In this document: one piece after another, positions 29,345 to 39,451 of the stretch
How positions within the stretch are numbered: position 1 is the stretch's first letter
How the letters are laid out: every line of letters begins with the position of its first letter
Assembly: GCA_020721325.1 (NCBI GenBank)
Contig: DYNA01000002.1
Location: forward strand, 1 to 64,000
Reading direction: 5' to 3'
DNA length: 64,000 bases
Origin: Paludibacter propionicigenes
Lineage (GTDB): Bacteria; Bacteroidota; Bacteroidia; Bacteroidales; JAIFNL01
Program-made: the position numbers and the translations under genes
Notes under the pieces: generated by a model
Databases searched by the model: none
Told to the model about the DNA's origin: nothing
What the model saw: the letters and a program-made list of their open reading frames with translations, nothing else

Positions 29345-30823
29345 TTAAATTCGTTTAATTTTAATTTTATCTCCCGGATTTATTCTGCTATCGGAATTAA
29401 AATTATTTATTTTCAATATTTCTGAAGTGCTTACATCTTTAAATTTTTGAGAAATTCCCCAAAAACTATCGCCTTCTTTAATGGTATAATACAAATAGCC
29501 GTCTTCGCTTTGCGTGCTTGGTTCACTGGTTTTATTGGATTTAAAACTGGTGCTTGCTACTTGAATTTCAGAAGGGTTAACGGATTGATAAGCATAAATT
29601 TCTTTTTCTTTTTGCAAGAAAGTCATCGTTTGTTCAATTGGCAAGCGCAGTGCATAACCTTCTTGTACTGACGGAATTAAATCTTTTTTGTATTGAGGGT
29701 TCAACAATCGAAGCTGTTCGATAGAAATTCCCAAAACACCCGATATTTGGTTAAATGAAACCGATTTATTTGTTATCATTAAAGTATCGGAAGCCAAAGG
29801 AAATTCATATTCTAATGGCACTATTTTATGCTCTTTGTAATAATTCATTATATAAGTTGCGCCAATGTAAGCCGGAACATAATTTTGAGTTTCTTTAGGT
29901 AAAAATTGTGAAATTACCCAATAATCTTTGCTCCCACCCGATTTTTTTATTGCTCTATTCACATTGCCCGGACCACAATTGTAAGCCGCCAAGGCTAAAG
30001 TCCAGTCGCCATAAGTTTGATATAAATTGCTCAAATAACGAGCGGCTGCATGCGTAGATTTTATTGGGTCAAAACGCTCATCAATATTGGCATTAATCGT
30101 CATTCCGTAAGCTCTGCCGGTGGAATAAATAAACTGCCAAAGTCCGGCAGCTTTTGCTCGCGACATGGCTATCGGATTTAATGCAGATTCGATGATGGCT
30201 AAATATTTTAACTCCAAAGGAACGCCGTAAGCATCAAAAATCTGTTCAAAAATTGGAAAATAAAACTCGGCTCTTCCTAATAAACGCTGAACGGTTATGA
30301 CCGATTTTCGGCGTGTGTAACGCTCAATGTATTCTTTTACTTTTTCGTTGTACGACAAATTTATTACCGTTGAAATATTTTTTAAACGGGCAATATAAGT
30401 TGAATCACTACATTCAATTATTGAAGAATCTCTTGTCCAATTGTCTTGATAATTATACACTTGTGGCTCTATGTTTGTAAACCACAACAGCGACAAACTG
30501 TCAATTTCCGTAGCATTTCTACTTACTTTATGTTCGGCTGTGTAAGGAACATAAGGCGCGGGAACGGTTAAAACAATTTCTTCTTGTTTTGAATTTTCTT
30601 CCTGCAACTGTTTTAATACTTTTGTATGAATTTCTGAAATAAAACTATTAATAAAATATTTATTTTCAGATTTTTCCATGTAATCAATAAACAAACTGTC
30701 GTATTGTATTACATCAAAATTCAAATTTTCATTTAAAATATTAACTTCTTTTTGTGCCATTACTGAATTTTGAAAATACAGCAACATAACAACCAATAAT
30801 AGTACAATTCTATTCATAATCAT
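29345..30823 (-). CDS. Membrane-bound lytic murein transglycosylase D-like (SLT domain plus LysM), paralog of the previous gene
   Basis: SLT region (AAGLWQFIYSTGRAYGM...AYNCGPGNVNRAIKK) plus C-terminal LysM (YYTIKEGDSFWGISQKF). Confidence 0.8.
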   Translation of the reverse strand: MIMNRIVLLLVVMLLYFQNSVMAQKEVNILNENLNFDVIQYDSLFIDYMEKSENKYFINSFISEIHTKVLKQLQEENSKQEEIVLTVPAPYVPYTAEHKVSRNATEIDSLSLLWFTNIEPQVYNYQDNWTRDSSIIECSDSTYIARLKNISTVINLSYNEKVKEYIERYTRRKSVITVQRLLGRAEFYFPIFEQIFDAYGVPLELKYLAIIESALNPIAMSRAKAAGLWQFIYSTGRAYGMTINANIDERFDPIKSTHAAARYLSNLYQTYGDWTLALAAYNCGPGNVNRAIKKSGGSKDYWVISQFLPKETQNYVPAYIGATYIMNYYKEHKIVPLEYEFPLASDTLMITNKSVSFNQISGVLGISIEQLRLLNPQYKKDLIPSVQEGYALRLPIEQTMTFLQKEKEIYAYQSVNPSEIQVASTSFKSNKTSEPSTQSEDGYLYYTIKEGDSFWGISQKFKDVSTSEILKINNFNSDSRINPGDKIKIKRI

Positions 30824-30886
30824 CTCATTTTCTGTACAATAGTTTCTTGTATCAACTTTTGTACTAAATTTATATTTTCTATAAAA

Positions 30887-31456
30887 CTAAAAATTCAACG
30901 AAACTTTTAAACCAAAAGCCGTTGAATTTGCAAAATTTATTTTGTTAAAAAAAGGTTCCGCTTTTATGCTCAAATCCGGACTTACGTCGAAGGTATAAAA
31001 ATGAGCATCTACATTGGCATCGATAATATTCAAAATGTGCAAACCAATGGTAACCAAAAACATAAGGTCGCGATTACGTTTGTACGAATCTTTTACATTT
31101 TTGATGTATTCCGCTCGTCCGTCTCCATATAAATCAATGGTAGCTTGGTCTTTAGCCATGTAAAGTTGGTAAATATCGCGAACGTAAACATATTGTTTTT
31201 GATTGTAAGAAATCGCGTAAATACTTCCGGCAATTGCACCCCAAACAACGGGGATTTTCCAATATTTTTTATTGTAATATTGCCCCAAACCCGGCAAAAC
31301 AGCCGACAATAACGCCGCTTTTTTCGGAGAATGCACCACCAAGGTATCCGAAATTTTTTCTGTTTCGGGTTTCAAGCTATTTTCTTGAGCATTTGCATTG
31401 ATGCTCAAAAAACTAAGTATTAAAAATAAAACAATATGGTTAAATATTTTTCTCAA
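30887..31456 (-). CDS. DUF5683-like membrane protein (conserved parB-downstream gene of Bacteroidetes)
   Basis: Signal peptide. LLSAVLPGLGQYYNKKYWKIPVVWGAIAGSIYAI resembles the DUF5683 family usually found 3' of parB in this phylum. Confidence 0.6.
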   Translation of the reverse strand: MRKIFNHIVLFLILSFLSINANAQENSLKPETEKISDTLVVHSPKKAALLSAVLPGLGQYYNKKYWKIPVVWGAIAGSIYAISYNQKQYVYVRDIYQLYMAKDQATIDLYGDGRAEYIKNVKDSYKRNRDLMFLVTIGLHILNIIDANVDAHFYTFDVSPDLSIKAEPFFNKINFANSTAFGLKVSLNF

Positions 31457-31468
31457 TTAAATTTTATT

Positions 31469-32356
31469 TTAATTTTCCGATAACTTATTAAAAAGTCGGA
31501 CTAATTCTTCAAATTCGGAATCGTTATTAAACGGAATAATTAATTTTCCTTTTCCTTTTGCATCGCGCTTTAAATCAATTTTTTGCTTAACTCGCAAAGC
31601 CAATTGTTTTTTAAAATCAAGATATGAATCGGGCAAAGTAGAAACCGGTTTTTTATTTGGAATTTCAACTGCTTCAGTATCAAGAGCTTCCTTAGCCAAT
31701 ATTTCAACTTTTCTTACCGATAAATCTTCGTTAATTATCTGAAAATAAATCTTTAACAACCGTTCATCATCTTCAATAGCAGCCAAAGCACGAGCATGCC
31801 CCATGCTTATTTTATTGTCTCTTACTCCTATTTGCACTTCTACGGGCAATTTTAATAAACGCAAATAATTTGAAATACTTGCGCGACTCTTGCCAACACG
31901 TTCACTCATTGTTTCTTGCGTCAATTGACATTCATCTATCAAGCGTTGGTACGAAATAGCTATTTCAATCGCATTCAGGTCTTCGCGCTGAATGTTTTCT
32001 ACCAAAGCCATTTCCAACATCGATTGGTCATCGGCTTCGCGCACATAGGCAGGAATGGTTTTTAAACCCGATATTTGCGCTGCTCTATAACGTCTTTCAC
32101 CCGAAATGATTTGAAACTCATCGCCTATTTTTCGCAATGTAATAGGCTGAATAATACCCAATTTGGCTACCGATTGTGCTAATTCTTCTAACGCATCGAT
32201 ATTAAAATTAGCACGCGGTTGGAAAGGATTGGCTTTAATCTTGCCAAGCTCTATTTCATTGACCAATCCCAAAGCTTGCACTTCCGGATTTTTTTCATAT
32301 TTATTATCGTCAATTAAAGCTCCAAGACCTCTGCCTAAAACGCTTTTTTTTACCAT
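31469..32356 (-). CDS. parB: Chromosome partitioning protein ParB/Spo0J
   Basis: LGRGLGALI N-terminus, ParB box (IQPITLRK...GERRYRAA) and HTH (TQETMSERVGKSRASISNYLRLL). Confidence 0.9.
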   Translation of the reverse strand: MVKKSVLGRGLGALIDDNKYEKNPEVQALGLVNEIELGKIKANPFQPRANFNIDALEELAQSVAKLGIIQPITLRKIGDEFQIISGERRYRAAQISGLKTIPAYVREADDQSMLEMALVENIQREDLNAIEIAISYQRLIDECQLTQETMSERVGKSRASISNYLRLLKLPVEVQIGVRDNKISMGHARALAAIEDDERLLKIYFQIINEDLSVRKVEILAKEALDTEAVEIPNKKPVSTLPDSYLDFKKQLALRVKQKIDLKRDAKGKGKLIIPFNNDSEFEELVRLFNKLSEN

Positions 32357-32386
32357 CTATATTTTTTTTTCTAAAAATTTCAAAAA

Positions 32387-33184
32387 CTATTTGTTTTCAT
32401 GAGCCAATTCTTGATTTCTTTTTAATTGTTTTTCAAGAATTTCTTTTGCCAAATTTAAGTAACTTACTGCTCCTTTTGAACTTGCATCGTGCAAAATTAC
32501 AGGCTCGCCAAAACTTGGAGCTTCTCCCAGCTTGGTATTTCGAGCTATTATCGTTTCAAAAACCATATCGGCAAAATGCTTTTGAACCTCTTCAACTACC
32601 TGATTTGCAAGCCTTAAACGCGAATCGTACATAGTTAATACAAAACCTTCAATGTCCAGTTTCGTGTTGATTCGATTTTGAACCATTTTAATGGTATTCA
32701 ATAATTTACCCAAACCCTCCAGAGCAAAATATTCGCATTGCACCGGAATAAGAACCGAATCGGCTGCGCTCAAAGCATTTAAAGTTAAAAGACCCAAAGA
32801 CGGCGAGCAATCAATCAAAATGTAATCGTATCTATCGCGTATTTTACTTATAACTTTATCTAAAATTTTTTCTCGCTCATCTACGTTAAGCATCTCTATC
32901 TCAGCACCTACCAAATCTATGTGCGAAGGTATTAAATCAAAGCCTTCGGTTTTGGTTTTTAAAACCGTTTCCTCTGGATGCATTCCATCAATTAAGCAAT
33001 CGTAAATATTTTTTTCTATACTTTTTAAATCAAAACCTGTACCTGATGTTGCATTAGCTTGAGGGTCAGCATCTATAAGAAGAACTTTTTTTTCAAGCAC
33101 AGCTAAACTGGCTGCCAAATTGATTGAAGTGGTTGTTTTTCCAACCCCTCCTTTTTGATTTGCAATGGCAATTACTCTCGACAT
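32387..33184 (-). CDS. parA: Chromosome partitioning ATPase ParA/Soj
   Basis: Deviant Walker A (KGGVGKTTTSINLA) plus the rest of the ParA/MinD fold. Confidence 0.9.
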   Translation of the reverse strand: MSRVIAIANQKGGVGKTTTSINLAASLAVLEKKVLLIDADPQANATSGTGFDLKSIEKNIYDCLIDGMHPEETVLKTKTEGFDLIPSHIDLVGAEIEMLNVDEREKILDKVISKIRDRYDYILIDCSPSLGLLTLNALSAADSVLIPVQCEYFALEGLGKLLNTIKMVQNRINTKLDIEGFVLTMYDSRLRLANQVVEEVQKHFADMVFETIIARNTKLGEAPSFGEPVILHDASSKGAVSYLNLAKEILEKQLKRNQELAHENK

Positions 33185-33794
33185 GTTCGTTTTTATTTTA
33201 TATTAATAGTCTATTTTTCAATTTTTTACACGAAAAAGCTATCATTCTAAATTATTTTATTTTAAAATTTTAACTCTTCTATAAATCATATTTTTTTTCT
33301 TTTTCATTTATTCGCCAAAAGTATAATTTTTTTATTGAATTATCCTACTTTATTTGATTTTTTAACAGTATTTTATTTAAAGGCTGCAATTCGTAATTTT
33401 AGTTAATTAACTAATTTTAAAGCCTTTGAATTTTTATTCTTTACTTTTATTGCTTTTTTTTTGTTAAAAATAGTTAAATCTTATTAAAATAAAATTCAAC
33501 CTTTTAACTAAATAACTTTGAAAAAATCTTTTTTTAGTTTTTAAAAATCTTTTTTTAAGCCAGCAATATTTTTTTTTAATTCTAAAGCGACTAAGATATA
33601 TATAATTTTCAAATATAGAAACAATGAATGTTTTTCTTTAAAATAAATTACTCAAATTATTAATTATTTCAACTACTTTTTTTTGATTTTTTATTTTGTA
33701 AAAATCTAATTTATTGATTATTATATACGATTTTCGTTTCAAACTAAAAAATAATACTTCAGTCATCACACAAAAAAAAATTCCTTAAAATACA

Positions 33795-33925
33795 GAAATA
33801 CCTAAAATCCGCAAATTATATTATCAATTTGTTAATAAACAGCTTATTGATGACTATTTTTTTTGTATTTTGCAAACAATTGAATACGATAACACTCTGG
33901 TTAATTAGCAATAAACTTGCGGATA
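33795..33925. repeat. Copy B of the repeated noncoding element of about 125 nt (copy A at 8325..8452)
   Basis: Aligns over about 125 nt with copy A, including the bracketing aaaatccgcaa / ttgcggatattt inverted repeat. Lies about 70 bp upstream of ybaB. Confidence 0.5.
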
Positions 33926-33992
33926 TTTGGAAAAAAATTATATTTGCAAAAAAAAAATAGAGTAAAAAATCATTTAAAATACGAAAAAAGTT

Positions 33993-34292
33993 ATGTTTGG
34001 AGATTTTATGAGCAAAATGCAAGATGCTCAAAAACAGATGGAAGTAATCAAAAACCGCCTCAATGATGTGTACGTGGAAGGTGTAGCCGAAAATGGACTG
34101 ATTAAAGTAACGGCGAATGCTAATAAAAAAATTATCAATATTTCAATTGATAATGAGCTACTTACAGACAAAGAGAGTTTAGAAGATTTGCTAATAGTAG
34201 CTATAAATAAAGCACTTGAAAAAGCGGAAAATGTAAATAATTCGGAAATGGGTGGTTTGGCACAAGGCATGATGCCCAATTTATTCGGATAA
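33993..34292 (+). CDS. ybaB: Nucleoid-associated protein YbaB/EbfC
   Basis: 99 aa; MQDAQKQMEVIKNRLNDVYVEGVAENGLIKVTANANKKIINISIDNELL...DLLIVAINKALEKAE fits the YbaB family along its full length. Confidence 0.85.
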   Translation: MFGDFMSKMQDAQKQMEVIKNRLNDVYVEGVAENGLIKVTANANKKIINISIDNELLTDKESLEDLLIVAINKALEKAENVNNSEMGGLAQGMMPNLFG

Positions 34293-34877
34293 TAAAGTTT
34301 TTTGGTAATTTACTAAATCGTTATAAATTTTAAAACCCACCCATGCATCGGTAGCAGCATAAATTTGCTGCTCTGATGTCAATTTTTGGCTTTCCCAATT
34401 TGATAATTGCTGGGCTTTGGATATCCGAAAATTTAATACAATGGCACTGAGTTTCTTTAGCGAAAGGCACTCAATACCAAATTGTTTGACAAAATTTTGT
34501 AAGTCCACAAAGCCTGCGGCATGAAAATAATTCAGTTTTTGAAGTGCTTTTATATCGTCGTGAATGGCTACGCCAACTTTGGTTATTTGAGGATTTCGCA
34601 AAAGTTTGGTCATTTCGGTAGGTAAACCTATTTCTTTGAGTTTAAACAAGTAAGCTTTTTTTTCGGTCGATAGTTGCAACAATGCCACTTTATTGGTATC
34701 ACCTTTTTTAAAATTTGGACGCGTTTCGGTATCAAAACCCAAAATAGCCTCTTTTTTAAGCTCATCGATAACTTGATTAAAGATTTTAAAATTATAAACA
34801 ACAACTATTTCACCTTCAAAATACTTTAAAGGCAATTCGTTCATTTCTTGTGAAGTTATTGTTTTTTTTAATATCAA
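34281..34877 (-). CDS. 3'-5' exonuclease (DEDDy/RNase D-like domain)
   Basis: ILGFDTETRP (Exo I), VGVAIHDDIKAL (Exo II) and YAATDAWVGFKIY (Exo III with Tyr). Confidence 0.75.
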   Translation of the reverse strand: MILKKTITSQEMNELPLKYFEGEIVVVYNFKIFNQVIDELKKEAILGFDTETRPNFKKGDTNKVALLQLSTEKKAYLFKLKEIGLPTEMTKLLRNPQITKVGVAIHDDIKALQKLNYFHAAGFVDLQNFVKQFGIECLSLKKLSAIVLNFRISKAQQLSNWESQKLTSEQQIYAATDAWVGFKIYNDLVNYQKTLLSE

Positions 34878-34904
34878 AATACCTGTTTTAATAAAATTTT
34901 ATCG

Positions 34905-35546
34905 TTAAAAAAATTCAGAATCGTCTGTTGTCTCAAAAAAATTATTTACCCAATTTTTTTTTTGAGTTTTTGGTGATTTTTGAACTACTGGCTCGTTTTC
35001 TTCCAGACCTTCCGGACTATGCAAAATGAAATGAAGATTGTTTAAAGTTCCTAAAATTTTAAAACCCCAAATTTGCTTAAAATTTTCTTTACAATCCCAC
35101 AATGCCTCATGTATGCTTTCAGATATGCCTAATTGATAGCTACTTACAAAATCTTTTATATCTTGATAAGTATCCGCTAAACATTCTGAAATGCTCATGC
35201 TCGATGTTTCGGAAGTTGCTGATTGTAAATTGTTTACATCTACAAAATTATCGTGAATACCTAATTTTTGAGATATTGTGTCTTTAATAAATTCCCAATC
35301 CTCCAATGTAACAAAACCTTCCGGTTCAAATTCGCTTAAATTTTCAAAATCGGGAACCGAAATGGCTTTAAAATAGAGCAAAGGCAATATTTTAACAGCT
35401 TTTGCAACCCAATCGGACAATGAAAAATGGGCTGAATTTTCTAAAAATTTGCAATATTCGTTGGAAACAGCTACAAATTCAAGCACAGAAACCGAATAAA
35501 TTAAGTCTCCATCTGAATCTAAATTTTGTTGGTCTTTTTCAAGCAT
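34905..35546 (-). CDS. Hypothetical acidic protein (DUF5063-like; conserved neighbour of the 3'-5' exonuclease in Bacteroidetes)
   Basis: 213 aa, cytoplasmic, no catalytic motif. Family assignment from memory of the gene neighbourhood. Confidence 0.5.
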   Translation of the reverse strand: MLEKDQQNLDSDGDLIYSVSVLEFVAVSNEYCKFLENSAHFSLSDWVAKAVKILPLLYFKAISVPDFENLSEFEPEGFVTLEDWEFIKDTISQKLGIHDNFVDVNNLQSATSETSSMSISECLADTYQDIKDFVSSYQLGISESIHEALWDCKENFKQIWGFKILGTLNNLHFILHSPEGLEENEPVVQKSPKTQKKNWVNNFFETTDDSEFF

Positions 35547-35618
35547 AACTTTAAAAAAAAATAAAAATGGACAAGCTTAACATTTTGACTTATCCATCTT
35601 TACTAAATATTCGCTGGA

Positions 35619-36092
35619 TTATTCTTGCGTAATTTCTTCTTTACTTTCAGTAATTTCTTCTTTACTTTCAGTAATTTCTTCAATGCTTTCAGTTTTTTCT
35701 TCTTGGTCAAATTTGAGCATATCGAATTTTAATAGCAAATTATACCAAGTTATAAGTCTTTTTATATCAGACACATAAACTCTTTCGCGGTCATAAGTGG
35801 GTAAAACATCGGCTAAAAAATTTTTAAGCATTTCAGGCTTATCTGATGGCTTCACTGTAATCTCTGTAGCACCTTGTTTTTCGTATATTTTTTTCAAAAT
35901 TTCAGCTAAAGGAACTTCTTCATCGGTCGTGTACATGGCTATGTCTTCCAAAGCACTTATTTTTGATGAAGCATAAGCCGGCATACGTTTCTTGGTTTCC
36001 AAATGTTCTACAATAATCGCATTTTTTGAATGGGTTACCAACTTAAATAAGCCGGAATGTCCTGAAATTGATAATATTCCTTTTAAATCCAT
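35619..36092 (-). CDS. Hypothetical protein (DUF5606-like) with C-terminal tandem heptapeptide repeats
   Basis: 157 aa. The C-terminus ESIEEITESKEEITESKEEITQE is encoded by a 21-bp tandem repeat. Confidence 0.5.
   Translation of the reverse strand: MDLKGILSISGHSGLFKLVTHSKNAIIVEHLETKKRMPAYASSKISALEDIAMYTTDEEVPLAEILKKIYEKQGATEITVKPSDKPEMLKNFLADVLPTYDRERVYVSDIKRLITWYNLLLKFDMLKFDQEEKTESIEEITESKEEITESKEEITQE
35631..35693. repeat. 3 x 21-bp tandem repeat (gtaatttcttctttactttca) inside a CDS
   Basis: Two perfect units and one degenerate unit. Encodes (E)ITESKE repeats on the minus strand. Confidence 0.6.
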
Positions 36093-36227
36093 AAAATTTC
36101 TTTAATTTTTAAAATCTAAACTTTTCTAAGTTTGCAAAATTATAAAAAAAAATTGCATCTTAAAAAAAAAAATTCATTTTAATCGTTTTTTTTAATTTTT
36201 TAACTTAATTTTTTAAAAATTTTATTT

Positions 36228-36929
36228 TTATTCAAAAAAATTTTCAGGTATTAATTCAGCCCAATTTCCTTTTATTGTTTCAAATTTATTACTGTGAGTT
36301 AATAACTTTAAAAATACCTTACGATTTATTTCTTTTGCGCCAAGCGATAACAAATGTTTGGTATGTGTTTGAGCGTCAATCATCTTAAAATCAAAATGTT
36401 TTACAAGTTTTACTAAATAATAAAATGCCACTTTTGAAGCATCGGTCATTTCGTGAAACATTGACTCCCCAAAAAAAGCTTTTCCCAACGATACTCCATA
36501 GAGTCCACCGACTAATTTGCCTTCAAAATAAGTTGAAATAGAATGAGCAAAACCGTTGATATACAGATTATTATACGCACTTTGTATAGCGGGAGTAATC
36601 CAAGTTCCATCTTGTCCTTCTCGTTTGATTTGAGCGCATTTAACAATTATTTTATCAAAATCAGTATCAATTTTTACTTCAAATTTTTTCTGCAAAACGG
36701 TCTTTTTTAAGCTTTTAGAAACTTTAAATTGGTCGGGAAATAATACAAGTCGCGGATTGGGCGAATACCATAATACCGGATTTTTTTCATCATTTGGCCA
36801 TGGAAAAATACCGTGTGAATAGGCTAAAAGCAAACGGTCTTGCGATAAATCACCACCAAAAGCTAAAAATCCATCTTTGTTGGCATATTTTGGATGGGGA
36901 AATATTAAATCGGCTGATAACAAATACAT
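36228..36929 (-). CDS. aat: Leucyl/phenylalanyl-tRNA--protein transferase
   Basis: 233 aa; LWYSPNPRLVLFPDQFKVSKSLKK and GKLVGGLYGVSLGKAFFGESMF match the Aat family. Confidence 0.8.
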   Translation of the reverse strand: MYLLSADLIFPHPKYANKDGFLAFGGDLSQDRLLLAYSHGIFPWPNDEKNPVLWYSPNPRLVLFPDQFKVSKSLKKTVLQKKFEVKIDTDFDKIIVKCAQIKREGQDGTWITPAIQSAYNNLYINGFAHSISTYFEGKLVGGLYGVSLGKAFFGESMFHEMTDASKVAFYYLVKLVKHFDFKMIDAQTHTKHLLSLGAKEINRKVFLKLLTHSNKFETIKGNWAELIPENFFE

Positions 36930-36930
36930 T

Positions 36931-37521
36931 TCATAAAAAATTATTAATCAATATATTGTGAATTTTTAACACTTGCAAAATAACCGATTGGGTTTCATCA
37001 TTGTAAATAATAAAATCACTTTTTTGAAGTTTTTCTTCTTCCGGCATTTGGCTATTTATTCGTTTTAAAACTTCTGTTTCTGATATGTTTTCCCGTAAAA
37101 TAACTCGCTTTATTCTCAAATCAATGGGTGCAAAAACAGTTATAACTTTATCCACCTGTCTATAAGCACCACTTTCAAATAAAATTGCGGCTTCTTTTAG
37201 AGTATAAGGTGTTGATTGATTGCTAATTGCCCACTTTTCATAATCATTTCTAACTGCTGGGTGAATAATAGAATTTACTTTTTCAAGTTCCCGTTTATCC
37301 TGAAAAATAATACCGGCTAATTTTTTTCTATTCAAATAGCCATCTTCATAAATATCTTCACCAAAAGCAGAAATCAATTGAGTCTTAACTTCCGAAGACC
37401 TGTGTGTGATAACTGCGGCAGCTACATCGGCATTGTAAACCGGTATTTTTAAGGCTGCAAATATTTTACAAATAGTTGATTTTCCGCTGCCTATACCACC
37501 TGTAATACCTATTTTTAACAT
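36931..37521 (-). CDS. coaE: Dephospho-CoA kinase
   Basis: N-terminal P-loop IGITGGIGSGKST and overall length of 196 aa. Confidence 0.85.
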   Translation of the reverse strand: MLKIGITGGIGSGKSTICKIFAALKIPVYNADVAAAVITHRSSEVKTQLISAFGEDIYEDGYLNRKKLAGIIFQDKRELEKVNSIIHPAVRNDYEKWAISNQSTPYTLKEAAILFESGAYRQVDKVITVFAPIDLRIKRVILRENISETEVLKRINSQMPEEEKLQKSDFIIYNDETQSVILQVLKIHNILINNFL

Positions 37522-37528
37522 AAAAAAA

Positions 37529-38530
37529 TTATTTTTCCAAAATATACTCTACTCGTTGAGGAGAAAAATCTAAATTAAATGCAAACTTTGAAGTATTTTC
37601 CAAATTAACTCTTAAAGTCTTTGAATTTTCCATGATTTCTTTGTAATCTACTGTAAATTTAAAATCTTCCGCCTTTACTTTTAAATAATTGGATATTGAT
37701 ATATTAAACTGAATATGAATATTTTGTGGAAATAATTGCAAGTCATATTGCGAAGGTAAATTTACTATTTCAATTGGAATTTGCATTGTTTTTTCTGTAA
37801 ATTCTTCTATCGGAACAAATACTTTTACTCGTGGGATTGAAAAAGAAATGCCGGAAATTTCTTGCAGTTCACATGTTAAATCCAAATGATTATCTATTGA
37901 AAAAAACTCATATTCCTCTGTCTGTACGAAAGCTATTTTTTCCAATAATTGCCTTGAACCGGAAATGATAATACTATCTGGAATAATTCTTTCGGGTGTA
38001 GTTTGAAAAAACTGTTGTTTTAGTGATAATTTGATGTTACTTTTTACCGGAACTTTTTTTGTTTGTATGTTTTCATACAAAAAGAAAAGACTATCGGGGC
38101 GAATAGCTATTATTTTAAAGTTATCGCCTATGTGGGCTGAAATCAGATTTTTTAGCTTTGATGTTCTTACAAAATACGAGACCGAATCGGTTTTCATTCG
38201 ATTCACATAGCGTGAATCGGATTTTATTTTTATGGTATTTTTAAATATGGTTGTATTGAAATCGAGAATGCTAAAACCGCGTGCATTTATTTGTACTGTC
38301 AAATTACCTATTGACGTTTTATTTTGTATAAGTGCTTGATTATTAAATGTATTAATAAATTCATAAGGTACTTCAATAAAACTGTTGTACTGCTTAGCTA
38401 ACGCATTTAAGAACCAAAAAATAGTAGATAAAAACAAAAAAAATAAAAAAACAAAGTACTTTTTTTGCAATTTAAAATTTCGTACTCTTTTAACTGTTAA
38501 AAGATAAAATATTCGTATTTTTTTTTCCAC
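37529..38530 (-). CDS. YbbR-like domain protein
   Basis: N-terminal TM plus repeated beta-rich YbbR-like segments. Sits in the conserved Bacteroidetes yajC-ybbR-coaE arrangement. Confidence 0.6.
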   Translation of the reverse strand: MEKKIRIFYLLTVKRVRNFKLQKKYFVFLFFLFLSTIFWFLNALAKQYNSFIEVPYEFINTFNNQALIQNKTSIGNLTVQINARGFSILDFNTTIFKNTIKIKSDSRYVNRMKTDSVSYFVRTSKLKNLISAHIGDNFKIIAIRPDSLFFLYENIQTKKVPVKSNIKLSLKQQFFQTTPERIIPDSIIISGSRQLLEKIAFVQTEEYEFFSIDNHLDLTCELQEISGISFSIPRVKVFVPIEEFTEKTMQIPIEIVNLPSQYDLQLFPQNIHIQFNISISNYLKVKAEDFKFTVDYKEIMENSKTLRVNLENTSKFAFNLDFSPQRVEYILEK

Positions 38531-38613
38531 ATTTTCACTTATTTTAAAATAAAAAGTAAATTGCTTATATTAAAATATAAACAATTTACAAAAATTTTTA
38601 AAGTTTACGAGTA

Positions 38614-38946
38614 TTATTTTTGCTGCCCGATAAGACCAGTATTATCTAAATTAATTGCTGTTTTATCTACTCGTAACTTAACATCATTGTCCACATCAAG
38701 CACTACAATATTGTCTTTAATATCGGCAATTTTACCATAAATACCGCCAATAGTAATCACTTTATCGCCTTTTTTAAGTTCTTCTCTGAATTTTTTTAAC
38801 TCCTTTTGTTTTTTAATTTGTGGGCGAATCATAAAGAAATAAAATACCACAATAATTAAAATTAATGGTAAAAAAGTCATAAGTGGGTTAGCCTCTTGTC
38901 CTTGAGGTTGCGACATCAAAAAAATGGATAATAAATTAATCTTCAT
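38614..38946 (-). CDS. yajC: Preprotein translocase subunit YajC
   Basis: 110 aa; LPLILIIVVFYFFMIRPQIKKQKE...LKKGDKVITIGGIYGKI. Confidence 0.8.
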   Translation of the reverse strand: MKINLLSIFLMSQPQGQEANPLMTFLPLILIIVVFYFFMIRPQIKKQKELKKFREELKKGDKVITIGGIYGKIADIKDNIVVLDVDNDVKLRVDKTAINLDNTGLIGQQK

Positions 38947-38975
38947 TTGCTAAAAATATATTAAGTTAGTATTTT

Positions 38976-39434
38976 TTATTGCTTGGGTGCAGTTACTTCT
39001 GCTACAAAATTTACTTCAACAACTCGTTCGGTGGAATTGGTTATTAATTTCACACTTTTGCTTTGTTTTCCATATCTTCCGGAGCTGTCGAAAGTTATTT
39101 CGAGTTGTCCCTCACCTCCTTTGGGAATGGGTTCTTTAGTCCACTTGGGTACTGTACACCCACAACTGGCTGTAGCTGAAGTTATTATAAGTAAATCTTC
39201 GCCAGTGTTTTTAAATGTTATGGTGTATTTGACTATTTCGCCTTGCACCATACTGCCCAGATTATAAACCTCTTTATCAAAAACACATTTTGAATTAGCA
39301 CCCGATTGTTTTACAAATCCTTTGGGTTCTTGGCTTTCGTTTACATTTTTTTTATCTGTATCTTCATTATTTGTGCAAAATGTAAATAGAGATACAGAGA
39401 CCAGTAAGATTATATAAATTATTTTTTTTATCAT
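38976..39434 (-). CDS. DUF1573 domain protein (lipoprotein)
   Basis: Lipoprotein-like signal (FTFCTN) and conserved C-terminal Cys cluster (ASCGCTVPKW). Confidence 0.65.
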   Translation of the reverse strand: MIKKIIYIILLVSVSLFTFCTNNEDTDKKNVNESQEPKGFVKQSGANSKCVFDKEVYNLGSMVQGEIVKYTITFKNTGEDLLIITSATASCGCTVPKWTKEPIPKGGEGQLEITFDSSGRYGKQSKSVKLITNSTERVVEVNFVAEVTAPKQ

Positions 39435-39451
39435 ATAAAAATATAAGCTAA

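Noticed and set aside
33185-33992. Possible oriC next to parAB
   Set aside because: No convincing cluster of DnaA boxes was seen by eye, and parAB is not reliably origin-proximal in Bacteroidetes. Kept only as a low-interest finding.
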